Of a stretch of DNA of 38,425 bases, positions 36,533 to 38,425 are shown piece after piece. Source of the DNA: Candidatus Rifleibacteriota bacterium. Lineage in GTDB: Bacteria > Muiribacteriota > Ozemobacteria > Ozemobacterales > Ozemobacteraceae. How positions within the stretch are numbered: the first letter of the stretch is position 1; every line of letters starts with the position of its first letter. The stretch covers positions 1 to 38,425 of the forward strand of contig JAQUZA010000002.1 in assembly GCA_028691595.1 (NCBI GenBank). The letters are read 5' to 3'. Under the pieces are notes generated by a model. The model did no database searches. It was not told the DNA's origin and was given only the letters and a program-made list of their open reading frames with translations. Position numbers and translations under genes: made by a program.

Positions 36533-37519
36533 ATGAGAGTTGGTTCTTTACTTCTGGCCTGCATATTTTCGTTATCCACTCTGGCTTCTTATGCTCAGGT
36601 TAGCCTCCCTTATGGTGATGGTGCCGGCAAGGTAGGCTTTATCAACGGTAACAATTTCCCCGGCATTGAAGAGCCGGTGCCACTCGGGCCGAAGTCGTTC
36701 AGACTGGCCGATGATCACGTCTGGGTCGTTGACAGCACCGGTGGCAAGCTTCTCAAACTCAACAAAGAAAAGGGTCTGGTTGGGGAATTCTCGCTTCTGG
36801 CCTCTCCACCACTTCCTTTGCTCGATGACCTGGCAACGAACTCGCCCAATCTTGAAGTAATGATCGAAGATTTTGCTCCGGTATATGATTCTGAAGGCCG
36901 TCTCAGCTCTTTCTGGTTCGTTGACCTGATGAATAATCGCCTGATGAACTATGCCCTCGATGGTAAAAAGCTCGGCGAAATCAAACACGAAAAATTTGTT
37001 CAGCCGTTTCGCGTCGAAGTTGGTCGCAATGGCCATGTTTTCGTAGCTGACAAGGGTGCACAGAGTATTTTTGTGTTTGACGCAGAGCAGAAGCTTGTGG
37101 CCGAACCAAACTGGGAATGGTCTGGGTTCGCAGTCGGGGCTGAAGACAAGCTTTATCGCCTGTTCTATGAAACAGAAAACAACCGCACCTATCTGGTACT
37201 GCAGAACCTGCAGAACACCATCGAAAAAGAAATCGAACTCGATCTGCCCGAACACATGAACCCTGAACTCTGGTGGGTTGACGAAGCAAAAGAAGAAGTA
37301 ATTCTCACCTTTACTCCGGCCACCGGCTTCAATGGCAAATTTGTCGTCGCCAGAGTTGGTTTTGACGGCAAGATCAAGGCTTCAGGCGATTTGATGCCAC
37401 CGCTGGTCATGAACCGTTTTATCGATCACCAGGGTTTTGACGAGGTCTGGCTCGGAGCCGCCGACTATAATACTGCCCCGGAAGGCAAATTCAGCGTAGT
37501 TCCGACCAGTCTGCCCTGA
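36533..37519 (+). CDS. Secreted beta-propeller-like protein with NHL-like repeats
   Basis: 328 aa. Signal peptide MRVGSLLLACIFSLSTLASYAQ. NHL-like strings DHVWVVDSTGGKLLKLN, FWFVDLMNNRLMNYALDG, GRNGHVFVADKGAQSIFVFD. Preferred over the 227-aa antisense ORF 36572..37255 because of the signal peptide, greater length and operon context. Confidence 0.6.
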   Translation: MRVGSLLLACIFSLSTLASYAQVSLPYGDGAGKVGFINGNNFPGIEEPVPLGPKSFRLADDHVWVVDSTGGKLLKLNKEKGLVGEFSLLASPPLPLLDDLATNSPNLEVMIEDFAPVYDSEGRLSSFWFVDLMNNRLMNYALDGKKLGEIKHEKFVQPFRVEVGRNGHVFVADKGAQSIFVFDAEQKLVAEPNWEWSGFAVGAEDKLYRLFYETENNRTYLVLQNLQNTIEKEIELDLPEHMNPELWWVDEAKEEVILTFTPATGFNGKFVVARVGFDGKIKASGDLMPPLVMNRFIDHQGFDEVWLGAADYNTAPEGKFSVVPTSLP

Positions 37520-37533
37520 ACAGGGAGAAAAAA

Positions 37534-37890
37534 ATGATCAAGCGCATTTTAACAGTGCTTCTGGCCTTCGCCCTCGTGGCGGGGGCCTCTTTCGCCTATC
37601 GTATGCCCTCCCGGGGTGAAGTTACCGCCGAAATCGGTCTGAATGTTCGCACCGGGCCAGGCACCAGTTATTCAATTCTGACTTCGGTGCCGAAGGGTAC
37701 TGCGGTGCAGATTCTGGCCATCAGCGGCAACTGGTATAAGGTGAACGTTTCGTCTTATAACGGCGTTTTTGTGCATTCTGCCTATATTAAAGTCACTGAG
37801 ACCACTGAGATTGACGACCCGAAAGCAGATAAAGAAGCGACCAAAAGGTTTCTTCCGACTTTGCAGAATGTCGATCCGGCAGCCCGTTAG
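37534..37890 (+). CDS. Small secreted SH3b-domain protein
   Basis: 118 aa. Signal peptide MIKRILTVLLAFALVAGASFA. SH3b block LNVRTGPGTSYSILTSVPKGTAVQILAISGNWYKVNVSSYNGVFVHSAYI. Confidence 0.7.
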   Translation: MIKRILTVLLAFALVAGASFAYRMPSRGEVTAEIGLNVRTGPGTSYSILTSVPKGTAVQILAISGNWYKVNVSSYNGVFVHSAYIKVTETTEIDDPKADKEATKRFLPTLQNVDPAAR

Positions 37891-37916
37891 AATCATGATT
37901 GACAAGCAGACATGAC

Positions 37917-38425
37917 ATGCATAATCTTCTGACAGAGCTTCGTTGCCGGCGTGGCAGCGTAGCGGTGGTCATTGCCGGCATATTTCTGGCTTTACTGGTC
38001 GCTTTCAGCGCTTTCATGAAATTTTCGACCAGTCGGCAATACGCCACGAAAAAGCTGAACAAGGTGTTGCTGGCGCGGGAGTTTTCTGCCGCGCTGGCAA
38101 CGCTTGCCTGCCACCAGCTCAAACAAAAGGATATCAGAGATCTTTCGGGCAAGCTTGTGCAAAAGCTTGCATTGCCGCTTTCGAGCATGGAAAAAGAAGC
38201 CTCTGATAAAATTGTGTTCGTCGAGCCTGCCAGGAGCATTGTTGAAAAACTGAAGGCTGCCAACAGTGAGTTGCGCGATTTGAAATTTGAAATCAGCTGG
38301 AAGCTTCACAAGGCCGATTTTGAGCCCTGTCTTGCAGCATATCCCCGCGAAAAAACGGGTATTCTGAGAATTCCAATTTTTGTTTCCTACAAGGCACCGG
38401 GGTCGAACGAATTTGTCAAAGAAGA
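37917..38425 (+). CDS. Membrane-anchored hypothetical protein, 3' end outside window
   Basis: Not in the ORF track because there is no stop. Hand translation from the ATG at 37917 runs 169 codons to the window edge without a stop: MHNLLTELRCRRGSVAVVIAGIFLALLVAFSAFMKFSTSRQYATKKLNKVLLAREF... It has an N-terminal TM helix and is on the same strand as the upstream cluster. It competes with antisense ORFs 37793..38263 and 37992..38309. Confidence 0.5.
   Translation, partial: MHNLLTELRCRRGSVAVVIAGIFLALLVAFSAFMKFSTSRQYATKKLNKVLLAREFSAALATLACHQLKQKDIRDLSGKLVQKLALPLSSMEKEASDKIVFVEPARSIVEKLKAANSELRDLKFEISWKLHKADFEPCLAAYPREKTGILRIPIFVSYKAPGSNEFVKE

Noticed and set aside
36572-37255. 227-aa ORF on the minus strand inside the NHL-like propeller gene
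   Set aside because: Antisense shadow of the longer plus-strand ORF. It has no signal peptide, RBS or recognisable motif, whereas the plus-strand ORF has a signal peptide and sits in an operon with 14-21-nt spacings.
37793-38263. 156-aa minus-strand ORF (and 37992..38309 minus) competing with the open-ended plus-strand ORF starting at 37917
   Set aside because: It is Ser/Ala/Leu-rich and low in complexity, and it overlaps the 3' end of the SH3b gene by about 100 nt. The plus-strand frame has a TM helix, balanced composition and the operon orientation. The choice is still only moderately confident.
1-38425. Search for CRISPR arrays, long direct or inverted repeats, IS elements, integrases and phage or plasmid genes
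   Set aside because: No regularly spaced repeats and no recombinase- or transposase-like ORFs were seen. The A/B receptor duplication is ancient, similar at protein level only, and is not a recent DNA repeat.

Overview
Densely coding bacterial chromosomal segment of moderate GC. I cannot assign a taxon from sequence alone; rubredoxin, an Fe-S-type Rrf2 regulator and the overall gene set would fit an anaerobe from a poorly studied lineage. I recognised no rRNA, tRNA, CRISPR array, transposase, integrase or phage genes. Housekeeping genes called with confidence are an RqcH-like NFACT protein, ftsH, wecB, rph, rdgB and an M42 aminopeptidase. The stand-out region is an 11.6-kb block (19181-30835) of four 948-974-aa membrane proteins, each ending in a HAMP linker plus a SpoIIE/PP2C-type phosphatase domain. 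They form two tandem copies of a translationally coupled gene pair. The first member of each pair keeps a complete catalytic motif set. The second has an eroded one, and B2 looks like a pseudophosphatase. The block is preceded by an orphan CheW-like gene and a rubredoxin gene that is absent from the supplied ORF track. Other points of interest: (1) an Rrf2 regulator divergent from an operon encoding a strongly divergent DnaB-family ATPase plus TPR and HEAT scaffold proteins; (2) two unusually long gene-free regions (8268-9204 and 34775-35653) with orphan terminator-like hairpins and AT-rich palindromic motifs that may hide small RNAs; (3) a cluster of secreted SH3b, papain-like cell-wall hydrolase and NHL-propeller-like proteins. 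All functional calls come from by-eye motif recognition and none was verified by a database search.
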